Assembly (NCBI RefSeq): GCF_008805035.1
Contig: NZ_CP038018.1
Span: 1,682,564-1,714,563, forward strand
Length of the DNA: 32,000 nt
From: Eikenella exigua
GTDB lineage: Bacteria; Pseudomonadota; Gammaproteobacteria; Burkholderiales; Neisseriaceae
Reading direction: 5' to 3'
Part shown: piece after piece, positions 17,961 to 26,454 of the stretch
Position numbering within the stretch: position 1 is the first letter of the stretch
How the letters are laid out: each line of letters opens with the position of its first letter
The notes under the pieces: model-generated
What the model saw: only the letters and a program-made list of their open reading frames with translations
Told to the model about the DNA's origin: nothing
Databases searched by the model: none
Program-made: the position numbers and the translations under genes

Positions 17961-17987
17961 AGGCTACCTGAAATTTTCAGGTAGCCT
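17961..17987. terminator. DUS-pair hairpin, terminator for the LpxL-family gene
   Basis: AGGCTACCTGAAATTTTCAGGTAGCCT is a near-perfect palindrome 47 nt downstream of the minus-strand stop. Confidence 0.6.
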
Positions 17988-18033
17988 CTAATCTATTTAT
18001 TCTAATAGATATTTTCTCAACTAAAGGCGTGAT

Positions 18034-18906
18034 TTACTCCTGAGGCGGCAGCGGGGCACCGGCAGGATGTTTGTAGCGGTTGTAGGCGAAGAGATATTGC
18101 TCAGGGAAGCGGCGCACCCAGTTTTCCACGTTGCGGTTGATGATTTCGGCGTCGTGGGCTTTGTCGCCGTTGAAGCTGCCTTCCACGGGCTCGATGCGCA
18201 GGACGAAGCCGCGGCTTTCAGGTAACCTGATGCCGGCGAAAAACAGGGGGCGCACGTTTTTTACTTGGGCGAGGCGGCCGGCCAGGGTCATGGTGTAGGC
18301 GGGGCGGCCGAAGAAGGGCGCCCATACGCCGTCGCCGTGTTCGTCGGGCACGTGGTCGGGCAGGACGATGGTGGCTTCGCCTTGGCGCAGGGCTTGGATG
18401 ATTTGCTTCACGCCGTGTAGGTTGGTGGGGGCGGTGCGGCCTTTGTCGCGCACGCGGCCGGCTTGCATGATGTCGTCGAGGATTTTGATTTTCGGCGGCT
18501 TATACATGGCGGTGAGCGGGAAGGGCAGGCGGTGGCTGATGTAGCGGCCGGCGAGGTCGTAGTTGCCGATGTGGGGGGTGATGAGCAGCAGGCCTTCGCC
18601 GGCATCGAGCGCGGCCTGGATGTGTTCCCAGCCGTGGGTTTCCGCGAAGAGGGCGGCCACCTGCTCGGGGCTGCGGAAAAAGGCCAGCGGCAGCTCGAGC
18701 GCGCCTTTGGCGGTTTCGCGGAACACGGCGTGGACGTGGGCGGCATCGTTGGGCAGGCCAGCGGTATGCAGGTGGTTGCGGATACGTTCGCGGTCGGCGC
18801 GGGCGAAACAATAAAGCAGGCCGCCGGCGCAGTTGGCAATGAAGTGCAGCACGGAAAGCGGCAGTGCGGCCAGGGTGTGGAATAGGAGGAAGACGAGGGT
18901 GCGCAT
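18034..18906 (-). CDS. Lipid A biosynthesis (Kdo)2-lipid IVA acyltransferase, LpxL/HtrB family
   Basis: Acyltransferase HX4D motif (TPHIGNYD), an N-terminal membrane anchor, and the pattern ...PTNLHGVKQIIQALRQGEATIVLPDHVP.... ATG 18906 (MRTLVFLL...) gives 290 aa. The longer ORF back to 19020 adds non-homologous sequence. Confidence 0.78.
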   Translation of the reverse strand: MRTLVFLLFHTLAALPLSVLHFIANCAGGLLYCFARADRERIRNHLHTAGLPNDAAHVHAVFRETAKGALELPLAFFRSPEQVAALFAETHGWEHIQAALDAGEGLLLITPHIGNYDLAGRYISHRLPFPLTAMYKPPKIKILDDIMQAGRVRDKGRTAPTNLHGVKQIIQALRQGEATIVLPDHVPDEHGDGVWAPFFGRPAYTMTLAGRLAQVKNVRPLFFAGIRLPESRGFVLRIEPVEGSFNGDKAHDAEIINRNVENWVRRFPEQYLFAYNRYKHPAGAPLPPQE

Positions 18907-19170
18907 GCAGATGGCTTGAAGATGGGTTAAGTAGTATTGTAATGGAAAAGGGAACGGACAAGCTAATAGCGGGGAGGCTACCTGAAAAATAAAACAGTTT
19001 TTCATTGCGTGGAAGCTCATGCTTTTAGGTAGTCTTTTTACTCCACTTGCCTGTCGTGCGATGCAGGTTTAAACTCAAGCCGTTTATTCGCGCCGATGCG
19101 TTTGCCAAATGGTATCGGCTCTTGCTTCGGCTACATTTTCAGGTAGCCCATCATTCCCAAAGGAGACCCC

Positions 19171-20619
19171 ATGAATCCGCTTCATTCTTTGCAGCCGCAG
19201 GCTGTTTGGCAGTGGTTTGCCGATATTTGCGCCATTCCACACCCCACTTATCAGGAAGCCGCGCTGGCCGAAATGATTGTTGCCCGCGCCAAGGAAAAAG
19301 GCCTGGCGGTGCAGCAAGATGAAAAAGGCAATATTTATATCCGCAAGCCGGCACACGGCGCGGGCATGGCCGATAAGCCCGGCGTAATTTTGCAGGGGCA
19401 CATCGATATGGTGGCGCAAAAGACTCCCGATTCGCCGCACAATTTCGCCACCGACCCCATCCGGCCGCAAATCATCGACGGCTGGGTACATGCCACGCAA
19501 ACCACGCTGGGCGCAGATAACGGCCTCGGTTCGGCTATGGGCTTGGCCGTGGCGTTTGCCGATGATATCGAGCATCCGCCCCTGGAAGTGTTGCTCACGG
19601 TGGAAGAAGAAATTGGTATGGATGGCGCGCGCCAAATGCGTGGTGATTTGCTGCAAGGCCGCTATTTGATCAACTTGGATACCGAAGCAGCCGGTTGCGT
19701 GTATGTGGGTTGTGCCGGCGGGCGCGATGCCGATTTGCGCCTGCCTTTTGCCACCGAAGCCGCCGAAGGCCAGCATGTGCGCATTACCGTGTCCGGTTTG
19801 CTGGGCGGGCACTCCGGCATCGATATTCATCGCGGCCACGGCAACGCCATTAAGGTATTGGCCGATCTGTTGGCACGCCTGCCGGAAGAAAGCGGCTGGC
19901 GGCTGGCTGCTTTCCACAGCGGTGCGTTGCGCAACGTGATTCCCTCCGAGGCGGAAGCCGAAATCGTGCTGCCTCAAGCGTTTGCCGGCGCATTGGCCGA
20001 ACTGGCCGACACCGTGCGCGCTGAAACGCAAAACGAATTGGGCAAGTTTGCCGATAAATTGGTGATTCAGGTAGCCCCACTCGGCCAGGGTGCACAAGCT
20101 GCCAGCCATGCCGACAGCCGCCGCATTATTGATTTGCTCGCTGCCGTTCCCAGCGGCGTGCTTAAATGGAGCGAAGAGTTCGATGGCGTGGTGGACACCT
20201 CCAACTGCTTAAGTGTGGTGCACACGGAAGACGGCCAATTTACTGCCTCCATGCTGTTGCGCTCACTGCGCGAACGGCCGAAAGACGACTTCTGCCGCCT
20301 GCTTGGCTCAATCGCCCGCCTCTCCGGCGCCACCCTGCATACCGAGCAGGACTACACCGGCTGGGAGCCGCATATGTCGTCTGCCTTGCTGCAGAAAACC
20401 ATCGAATCCTTTGCCGCCGTACGCGGGCAGCAGCCGCAAATCGAAGTGGTACACGCCGGCCTGGAATGCGGTTTGATGCAAAAACACCTGCCGCACACCG
20501 AAATGATTTCCTTCGGCCCGACCATCAAAGGCGCTCACTCGCCCAAAGAGCGGGTGCAGATTGATACCGTGGAAGAGTGCTGGCGCATTTTGCTGGATTT
20601 GCTCAAACGGATTGCTTAA
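19171..20619 (+). CDS. pepD: Aminoacyl-histidine (Xaa-His) dipeptidase PepD, peptidase M20C
   Basis: 482 aa. LQPQAVWQWFADICAIPHPTYQE, LQGHIDMVAQK, GADNGLGSAMGLAV, TVEEEIGMDGA and IECGLM-type HAGLECGLM are present. An AAGGAG SD lies upstream. Confidence 0.9.
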   Translation: MNPLHSLQPQAVWQWFADICAIPHPTYQEAALAEMIVARAKEKGLAVQQDEKGNIYIRKPAHGAGMADKPGVILQGHIDMVAQKTPDSPHNFATDPIRPQIIDGWVHATQTTLGADNGLGSAMGLAVAFADDIEHPPLEVLLTVEEEIGMDGARQMRGDLLQGRYLINLDTEAAGCVYVGCAGGRDADLRLPFATEAAEGQHVRITVSGLLGGHSGIDIHRGHGNAIKVLADLLARLPEESGWRLAAFHSGALRNVIPSEAEAEIVLPQAFAGALAELADTVRAETQNELGKFADKLVIQVAPLGQGAQAASHADSRRIIDLLAAVPSGVLKWSEEFDGVVDTSNCLSVVHTEDGQFTASMLLRSLRERPKDDFCRLLGSIARLSGATLHTEQDYTGWEPHMSSALLQKTIESFAAVRGQQPQIEVVHAGLECGLMQKHLPHTEMISFGPTIKGAHSPKERVQIDTVEECWRILLDLLKRIA

Positions 20620-20647
20620 CGAATTAAGCTAAGCATTGAAAATCCCT

Positions 20648-20676
20648 GCCGACCAGTGATTCTGGTCGGCATTTTT
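20648..20676 (+). terminator. Rho-independent terminator of pepD (non-DUS)
   Basis: Stem GCCGACCAG/CTGGTCGGC, loop TGATT, followed by ATTTTT. Confidence 0.75.
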
Positions 20677-20772
20677 CATGCGAAATTATATTTCCCAGGG
20701 GAAATGCATGCCAAAAACGGGTTGGAAAGGGTTTTTAAACAGCGATAATTTAATATTATCCATAAAAATCAG

Positions 20773-20802
20773 TTGTATATGTGCTATTGGCTGAGTTATA
20801 TT
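20773..20802 (+). promoter_or_regulatory. Candidate sigma70 promoter for cycA (-35 TTGTAT, 18-nt spacer, -10 TATATT)
   Basis: The hexamers are at 20773-20778 and 20797-20802, which would give a leader of about 90 nt. This rests on a weak consensus match only. Confidence 0.3.
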
Positions 20803-20896
20803 CCGACTCGGGCTGCCACAATGCTGCGGCGGCCGATTAAGTTAGAGCGGATTAAGTTCAGACTTCATCCGTGATAGGAAGTACAAAGGAATACCC

Positions 20897-22306
20897 GTGA
20901 GCACCAACCAAGAAACCCCGCATAGCCTGCAACGCAACCTGAAAAACCGCCACCTGCAACTCATCGCTATCGGCGGCGCCATCGGCACCGGCCTGTTTAT
21001 GGGCTCGGGTAAAACCATCCATTTGGCAGGCCCTTCCGTTATCCTCACTTACATCATCATCGGCACTTTCCTGTTTTTCATCATGCGCACCATGGGCGAG
21101 CTGCTGCTTTCCAACCTCGAATACAAATCCTTCACCGACTTCACCCACGACTTGCTTGGCCCGGCCGCCGGCTTTTTTGTGGGCTGGACCTATTGGTTTT
21201 GCTGGGTGGTAATCGGCATGGCCGACATCATCGCCATTACGGGCTATACCCAATTCTGGTGGCCGGATGTGCCGCTGTGGCTGCCCGGGCTGTTGTGCAT
21301 CATCCTCATGGCCGGCATGAATTTGCTCACTGTAAAACTCTTCGGCGAAATGGAATTTTGGTTTGCCCTGGTGAAAATCGTGGCCATTGTTGCCCTGATT
21401 GCCGTGGGCTGCTTTTTGGTGGCCAGCGGCTTTGTTGACCCCACTTCCGGCGAAAAAGCCTCGCTCAGCCACTTCTGGAACCACGGCGGCTTCTTTCCAA
21501 ACGGCATCGGCGGCTTCTTCTCCGCCTTCCAGATTGCCGTGTTCGCCTTTGTGGGCATTGAATTGGTGGGCACGGCCGCTGCCGAAACCAAAGACCCGGA
21601 AGTTAACCTGCCCAAAGCCATCAACCGCATTCCTGTGCGCGTGATTATTTTCTACGTGCTGGCCTTAAGCGTGATTATGGTGGTAACGCCCTGGAACGAA
21701 ATCGACCCCGCCAAGAGCCCGTTTGTGAATATGTTTACCCTCATCGGCATTCCGATTGCCGCCGGGCTGGTTAACCTCGTGGTGCTCACTTCCGCTCTTT
21801 CTTCTGCCAACGGCGGCATGTTTTCCACCGGCCGCATGCTCTACGGCCTCTCCGAAGCCGGCGTGGCTCCGCGTATGTTCAGCCGCCTCAACCGCAACGG
21901 CGTGCCCGCCACCGGCCTGCTGTATTCCTGCCTCTACCTGATTGTGGCCGTATTCCTGCTGTATCAGGAGGGCGACATCATGGCCATGTTCACCGTGGTC
22001 ACCACCCTTTCCAGCATCGGCTTCATTTTCGTGTGGGCGATTATCCTGCTAGCCTACCTCAAATATCGTAAAACCCGCCCGCATCTGCACGAAAAATCCA
22101 TCTACAAACTGCCCGGCGGCACCGCTATGGTGTGGGTATGTCTCGCCTTCCTCGCCTTTGTGCTGGTGCTCTTCTCGCGCGATGCCGATACTAGGCTGGG
22201 GCTGATGTGCATGCCCATCTGGTTTGCCGCCTGCGCCGTGTTGTATTGGGTACTGTATGCGCGCAAACACAGCAGTGCCCCAACCCCACAGCAGTCGCAG
22301 CAATAG
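20897..22306 (+). CDS. cycA: D-serine/D-alanine/glycine transporter (APC family amino-acid permease)
   Basis: LQRNLKNRHLQLIAIGGAIGTGLFMGSGK...MGELLLSNLEYKSFTDF...GWTYWFCWVV closely resembles E. coli CycA as I remember it. There are 12 TM-like segments. GTG start with an AAGGAA SD 8 nt upstream. Confidence 0.82.
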   Translation: MSTNQETPHSLQRNLKNRHLQLIAIGGAIGTGLFMGSGKTIHLAGPSVILTYIIIGTFLFFIMRTMGELLLSNLEYKSFTDFTHDLLGPAAGFFVGWTYWFCWVVIGMADIIAITGYTQFWWPDVPLWLPGLLCIILMAGMNLLTVKLFGEMEFWFALVKIVAIVALIAVGCFLVASGFVDPTSGEKASLSHFWNHGGFFPNGIGGFFSAFQIAVFAFVGIELVGTAAAETKDPEVNLPKAINRIPVRVIIFYVLALSVIMVVTPWNEIDPAKSPFVNMFTLIGIPIAAGLVNLVVLTSALSSANGGMFSTGRMLYGLSEAGVAPRMFSRLNRNGVPATGLLYSCLYLIVAVFLLYQEGDIMAMFTVVTTLSSIGFIFVWAIILLAYLKYRKTRPHLHEKSIYKLPGGTAMVWVCLAFLAFVLVLFSRDADTRLGLMCMPIWFAACAVLYWVLYARKHSSAPTPQQSQQ

Positions 22307-22321
22307 CAGAGGAGGAAATCA

Positions 22322-22361
22322 AGGCTACCTGAAAAGTGATTCATACCTTTTCAGGTAGCCT
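22322..22361 (+). terminator. DUS-pair hairpin after cycA
   Basis: AGGCTACCTGAAAAGTGATTCATACCTTTTCAGGTAGCCT. Confidence 0.55.
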
Positions 22362-22398
22362 TCCATATTTCAGGTAGCCTTCCATATTTCAGGTAGCC
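22350..22398. repeat. Tandem array of three reverse-orientation eikDUS with 19-bp period (TTCAGGTAGCCTTCCATAT x2.6)
   Basis: TTCAGGTAGCC starts at 22350, 22369 and 22388, and the intervening sequence TTCCATAT is identical. Confidence 0.9.
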
Positions 22399-22542
22399 CC
22401 ATGTGCCTGCGCCTTATAGCTGGCCGATTTCATTTGAGGCTACCTGAAACCCTATAAACAAGACACTCATCCCTGACAATCCACTCCCGCCCCGCTTCGT
22501 CTATAATCCCACCCCATTCCCATTCCGCAAAGGCTACCTGAA

Positions 22543-22965
22543 ATGACCTTCCCCAAGCTTCTCACCCCCATCGTTGCCGCGCTGCTGCTTGCCGCCTGCG
22601 GTGCCACTTTCGCGCCGCAGGATTTGCCGCATTTGGCGGCGGGCGAGAGCCGCCGTTTCAAGCTGGAGCGGCTGGATGAAACCGGCGCGGCGGAGCAGGT
22701 GTCGCTGTTGGTGGTGCAGGGCGAGGCGGGCGGGAAGTCGCGCTGGATTCAAACCGATGCGTTTGGTGCGCCGCTGGCGCGTTTGCTGGCCACGCAGAGC
22801 GGCTGGCGGCGCGACGGTTTTGTGCCGCCGAACCATGCCGCGCAGGCGGTGTTCACGGCGATGTTCCCGCTGTTGGAAAACGGTTTTTCAGACGGCCGGC
22901 CGCGCGAGTTGGAAAGCGGCAGGGCGAAATGGCGGCTGACGCCTTTGGGAGAGAGTGATGAATAA
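22543..22965 (+). CDS. Lipoprotein, DUF3261-like (ApeN-like position in aryl-polyene-type clusters)
   Basis: Lipobox LLLAAC|G after MTFPKLLTPIVAA. The gene overlaps the next gene by 8 nt. Its position upstream of KS-DH and the ...DAFGAPLARLL...PPNHAAQAVF... pattern fit DUF3261 from memory only. Confidence 0.5.
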   Translation: MTFPKLLTPIVAALLLAACGATFAPQDLPHLAAGESRRFKLERLDETGAAEQVSLLVVQGEAGGKSRWIQTDAFGAPLARLLATQSGWRRDGFVPPNHAAQAVFTAMFPLLENGFSDGRPRELESGRAKWRLTPLGESDE

Positions 22966-24184
22966 GGCACGGGTATACCTCGGCCAGCCGGGTTTGGTGT
23001 CGGCTTTGGGCAGCGGTTTGGCGGAGCATTTGGATGGCCTGTTGAGGCCGTCTGAAAACAGCCCGCTCACGTTTTCCACTGAATGGGTGAAGGGCAAAAA
23101 CCGTGCTTTCGGCGCGGTAAACCGGCCGCTGCGCTCGTTCCCCGACAATCTGCCCGCCGAACACCGCAGCCGCAACAATCAATTGTTGTGGGACGCTTTG
23201 GCGCAAATCGAGCCGCAAATTCAGGCAGCCCTCAGCCGCTACGGCGCGGACAGAATCGGTGTGGTAATCGGCACGTCGGTGGGCGGCGCGGATGAAAATA
23301 TCCCGCTGTTCCAACACGTTGCAAACGGCGGCGGCTGGGCGGGCATCCCGTTCAAACAGCAGGCGCAACTGCTTTCCTCTCCCGCCGATTTTGCCGCGGC
23401 GGCGTACGGCCTACGGGGCGCGTGTTACGGCGTATCCACCGCCTGCACGTCCGGCGCGCGGGCGCTCATCAGCGCGGCACGGCTGCTGCGGCTGGGCGTG
23501 TGCGACGCGGTGTTGTGCGGCGGCGTGGACACGCTCTCGCCGCTCACCATCAACGGTTTCGCTTCGCTGGAAGTGCTGTCCGACGGCATTGCCAACCCGT
23601 TTTCGCGCAACCGCAACGGCATCAACATCGGCGAAGCCGCCGCCGTATTCGTGATGACCCGCGAAGACGACGGCGACACCCTGCCGCTCTTGGGCTACGG
23701 CGCCAGCAGCGACGCGCACCACATGTCTTCCCCGCGCCCCGACGGCCTCGGTGCGGCGCAGGCTTTTCAGGTAGTCTTAAGCCACGCGGGTTTGCCGCCC
23801 GAAAGCATCGGCTGGATCAACCTACACGGCACCGGCACGCAACTCAATGACGGCATGGAAAGCCGCGCCGTGGCCGAAGTGTTCGGCAGCCATACCGCCG
23901 CCACCTCCACCAAACCGCTCACCGGCCACACCCTCGGCGCAGCCGGCGCGCTCGAAGCCGCGTTTGTATGGGGCATCGCCAGCCGCCGCAACAACCCCGA
24001 AGGCAGCCTGCCGCCCCAACTGTGGGACAGCCAAGCCGACCCCGAACTGCCCTCAATCGCGCTCACCGTTTCAGGCAGCCGATGGCCGCAAGGGCGGCGC
24101 ATCGGCGCGAGTTCGTCGTTTGCCTTCGGCGGCAACAACAGCGTCCTCATCATCGGAGAAGAACATGCCCCAATGCCCGATTAA
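22958..24184 (+). CDS. Beta-ketoacyl-ACP synthase family protein (FabF/FabB fold; ApeO-like)
   Basis: Active-site Cys in GVSTACTSGARAL, His residues in SDAHHMSSP and NLHGTGT, and C-terminal SSFAFGGNNSVLII. ATG 22958 (GTG 22955 is also possible). Confidence 0.85.
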   Translation: MNKARVYLGQPGLVSALGSGLAEHLDGLLRPSENSPLTFSTEWVKGKNRAFGAVNRPLRSFPDNLPAEHRSRNNQLLWDALAQIEPQIQAALSRYGADRIGVVIGTSVGGADENIPLFQHVANGGGWAGIPFKQQAQLLSSPADFAAAAYGLRGACYGVSTACTSGARALISAARLLRLGVCDAVLCGGVDTLSPLTINGFASLEVLSDGIANPFSRNRNGINIGEAAAVFVMTREDDGDTLPLLGYGASSDAHHMSSPRPDGLGAAQAFQVVLSHAGLPPESIGWINLHGTGTQLNDGMESRAVAEVFGSHTAATSTKPLTGHTLGAAGALEAAFVWGIASRRNNPEGSLPPQLWDSQADPELPSIALTVSGSRWPQGRRIGASSSFAFGGNNSVLIIGEEHAPMPD

Positions 24185-24668
24185 ACAACCCGCCGCCCTC
24201 CTGCCGCACAGCGGCCGCATGGTGCTGCTGGACAAAGTTTTATCCTACGACAACAACAACCTACACGCTGTCTGCACCATCCGACCCGTCTGCATCCTGC
24301 TCCCCGACGGCGCAAACGCCCTGCCCGGCTGGCTCGGCCTCGAAATCATGGCGCAAGGCGTGGGCGCATGGGCAGGCGCGCACGCGCTGGACGCCGGACG
24401 CCCCGTGCAACTCGGCTTCCTGCTCGGCACGCGCAAACTCCACTTCGCCCATCCCGAAATCCCCGTCGGCACCGTGCTCGATGTGCAAATCACCCTGTCC
24501 TGGCAAGACAACGCCACCAACATGGGCGTGTTCGACTGCACCCTCACCTGCCGCATCCCACCCCCAGGCTGCGACGACCTCACCCCCGGCACGCTGCTCC
24601 TCTCCGGCGCGCTCAACGTATTCAGCCCCACCAACCGCGAGACCTTGGACACGATTTTGGGCAGATAA
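24165..24668 (+). CDS. Hotdog-fold 3-hydroxyacyl-ACP dehydratase (ApeP-like)
   Basis: MPQCPIKQPAALLPHSGRMVLLDKVLSYD... matches the LPHxxxMxLLD N-terminal motif of ape-cluster dehydratases. The protein is 167 aa, and the gene overlaps the KS stop by 20 nt. Confidence 0.72.
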   Translation: MPQCPIKQPAALLPHSGRMVLLDKVLSYDNNNLHAVCTIRPVCILLPDGANALPGWLGLEIMAQGVGAWAGAHALDAGRPVQLGFLLGTRKLHFAHPEIPVGTVLDVQITLSWQDNATNMGVFDCTLTCRIPPPGCDDLTPGTLLLSGALNVFSPTNRETLDTILGR

Positions 24669-24670
24669 GT

Positions 24671-24708
24671 TTCAGGTAGCCTTGAGGCCGTCTGAAAGGC
24701 TACCTGAA
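24671..24708. repeat. Triple DUS block mixing dialects: TTCAGGTAGCCT (eik, reverse), AGGCCGTCTGAA (Neisseria AG-DUS), AGGCTACCTGAA (eik, forward)
   Basis: Exact 12-mers lie at 24671-24682, 24685-24696 and 24697-24708, immediately after the dehydratase stop. Confidence 0.9.
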
Positions 24709-24787
24709 AACATGGTTTGCTACGAAACTGCAACATGAATGAAGCAAAGCGGGCTTGAAGCCCGCTGCTGGTACTGCCGCATCCCGT

Positions 24788-24824
24788 TTTCAGTCGGCCT
24801 CAAACCTCTCCAAGGCTACCTGAA
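24788..24824. repeat. Left copy of ~37-bp direct repeat flanking the inserted segment
   Basis: TTTCAGTCGGCCTCAAACCTCTCCAAGGCTACCTGAA compared with 27907-27942 TTTCAGACGGCCTCAAGCCTCCACAGGCTACCTGAA gives about 31 of 37 identical with one gap. Confidence 0.65.
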
Positions 24825-24863
24825 CTTACGTTTGCCAGCATGCCCACGAATCGGAGTACACCC

Positions 24864-25520
24864 ATGGAAACGTATTTCTACAATAAAAACATCAACCTCA
24901 TCGAAGTTCAGCCCGCATTTATCCGCACCGCCATGCGACAGGCCAAGCGTTACCGTTGCGGCATTCGGATCTTGAGCCGGCCGACTGTTGTCATCAACCC
25001 GACACCCGCGCCGAAACACGCCGTGGTGGATTTTGCCGATTTGGCCGCTTATCCCGAACTGCCGCACCTCCAAATCGAACACGATCTTGAGTCGCCCGAA
25101 TTCATCAATACGGATGCCCTATACCGCTTCGAGCAATTGGACACCCTGGTAATCGGACAGCCAATCGACATCGACCTCTCCCAACTGCCCGCGCTTAAAG
25201 ACTTAAGGATGGACTACAACAAAAAAATCCGAAATATCGGGCAATGCACCCGTTTGGAACGTTTATACCTATGGTCTTACAAAGGCAAAGACTTAACTGA
25301 ATTCCAAAACCTGACACGGCTGAAAGATTTATTGCTGGTTCGCCCCTCCGTGTGCACATTAAACGGCATCGAAAACCTAACCGCCTTGGAAACAATCGAC
25401 ATCAGCCATGCCCGTAGCCTGAACGATGTATCTGCCCTGCATCGGCTGCAAGAAAAATACCAAGTCAAAAATATCGCGCTGCCCGAGAAATTCCATGACG
25501 AGGAGTTTTGGCAGCAATAG
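24864..25520 (+). CDS. Leucine-rich repeat (LRR) protein, no signal peptide
   Basis: About five 20-23-residue LRRs (LDTLVIGQPIDIDLSQLPALKD / LRMDYNKKIRNIGQCTRLER / LYLWSYKGKDLTEFQNLTRLKD / LLLVRPSVCTLNGIENLTALET / IDISHARSLNDVSALHRLQ). A GGAG SD lies 7 nt before ATG 24864, and in-frame ATG 24840 is an alternative. The DNA is A/T-rich. Confidence 0.6.
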   Translation: METYFYNKNINLIEVQPAFIRTAMRQAKRYRCGIRILSRPTVVINPTPAPKHAVVDFADLAAYPELPHLQIEHDLESPEFINTDALYRFEQLDTLVIGQPIDIDLSQLPALKDLRMDYNKKIRNIGQCTRLERLYLWSYKGKDLTEFQNLTRLKDLLLVRPSVCTLNGIENLTALETIDISHARSLNDVSALHRLQEKYQVKNIALPEKFHDEEFWQQ

Positions 25521-25561
25521 TAAAGTAAAAAACGGCGGTATAGTGGATGTGGCTGCCTGGG

Positions 25562-25598
25562 TTTTAGACGGCTTCAAGCCCGAAAAAGGCCGTCTGAA
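25562..25598 (+). terminator. Imperfect Neisseria-type DUS hairpin after the LRR gene
   Basis: TTTTAGACGGCTTCAAGCCCGAAAAAGGCCGTCTGAA. The left arm is degenerate, and the right arm is an exact AGGCCGTCTGAA. Confidence 0.4.
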
Positions 25599-25700
25599 AG
25601 AAAATTCCAACAAAATTAAAATGAAATTTCAGCACAGCCCAATAAGGGCGAAATCTTTATCTATATGGGAATTCAAAAGTCCACACTAGAGACAGTTTGC

Positions 25701-25729
25701 TTGAATTTCATTGGGATTTTTGGTATACA
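25701..25729 (+). promoter_or_regulatory. Candidate sigma70 promoter of the lipoprotein operon (-35 TTGAAT, 17-nt spacer, -10 TATACA)
   Basis: The hexamers at 25701-25706 and 25724-25729 lie about 60 nt upstream of ATG 25788. Confidence 0.35.
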
Positions 25730-25787
25730 CGAAATGCAGTCCTATCATATTTCACTGCAGTATCCAACCTTAAGAGAGGTATACAAA

Positions 25788-26387
25788 ATGCGTGTTTCTA
25801 AAAGTGCCTTTGTCGTTTTATCTGCTTTGGCCCTGCTGACTGCCTGCCAGAAAGAACCTGAGCCAACTCCGCCTCCTCAAGCGCAGGAGCAAGCCCCCAA
25901 CCCTAATCCCGCTCCGCCTGCTCCTACTCCCACACCAGCATCCAACCCCAGCCTGATTCGCGAACCAGCCGCCCCGCAACAACAGCAGGATCCCGCTGCA
26001 CAGGCCATCCAGTCCAAACCGTTTGGTGAAGGCACGCTGGCTTTGACCAAAGTTAAAGTAGTCGGCCAGATTCTGAACGTGGAATTTATGTATATCCCGC
26101 CGAAAAATGAAAGAGGCAGTTATCAATTCACTAATATGCACTCCGGTAAAATCACCGATTTTGCCTACGTTGATGAATCCACCAGCAAACGCATCAGCCT
26201 GCTGCAAGATGAAAGCGGTAAATACATGACCGATCCTGCCGCCGAAGTGAGCAATACAATCAGTCTCACAGGCAGCTCGCCCAAAATCGTCGCGCTGAAA
26301 TTCCCCGCCCCGCCCGCCACATCGCCGACCATCACCATCGATTTCCCGGGTGCCGGTTCGTTTGATTCGGTGCCGGTAAGCCGCTGA
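25788..26387 (+). CDS. Lipoprotein with Pro/Gln-rich linker and C-terminal beta-rich domain, unknown function
   Basis: MRVSKSAFVVLSALALLTAC|Q lipobox, then the linker EPEPTPPPQAQEQAPNPNPAPPAPTPTPASNP, then a domain of about 130 aa that I do not recognise. An AGAGAGG SD lies upstream. Confidence 0.7.
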   Translation: MRVSKSAFVVLSALALLTACQKEPEPTPPPQAQEQAPNPNPAPPAPTPTPASNPSLIREPAAPQQQQDPAAQAIQSKPFGEGTLALTKVKVVGQILNVEFMYIPPKNERGSYQFTNMHSGKITDFAYVDESTSKRISLLQDESGKYMTDPAAEVSNTISLTGSSPKIVALKFPAPPATSPTITIDFPGAGSFDSVPVSR

Positions 26388-26454
26388 TTTTCCACTTGGC
26401 AAAGTGCAGGCTGCTTCGTGCAGCCTATATGCAGCCCCAGTTAGAGGTGACTTT

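Noticed and set aside
18034-18906. LpxL-family acyltransferase as the missing ApeD (lysophospholipid acyltransferase) of the ape-like cluster
   Set aside because: It is on the opposite strand. It is separated from the module by pepD, cycA and terminators, and its composition resembles the core genome. It is most simply the housekeeping lipid A late acyltransferase.
19084-20109. 341-aa ORF on the minus strand
   Set aside because: It lies entirely antisense to the strongly recognisable pepD gene. It has low-complexity Gly/Ala/Arg-rich composition typical of shadow ORFs in GC-rich DNA, and I see no motif.
20677-20896. Riboswitch or T-box in the cycA leader
   Set aside because: I could not match any conserved riboswitch core (glycine, lysine, TPP, SAM and others) by eye. 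Only a palindrome and a weak promoter were noted.
22350-22398. Possible CRISPR-like array
   Set aside because: The period is only 19 bp, and the units are DUS plus an identical 8-nt filler. There are no unique spacers and no cas genes, so it is a tandem DUS repeat.
23847-24164. N-terminal 106-codon extension of the dehydratase ORF (the track lists 23847..24668)
   Set aside because: The extension overlaps the 3' third of the KS gene out of frame and is Pro/Ala-rich nonsense. Hotdog homology begins at ATG 24165.
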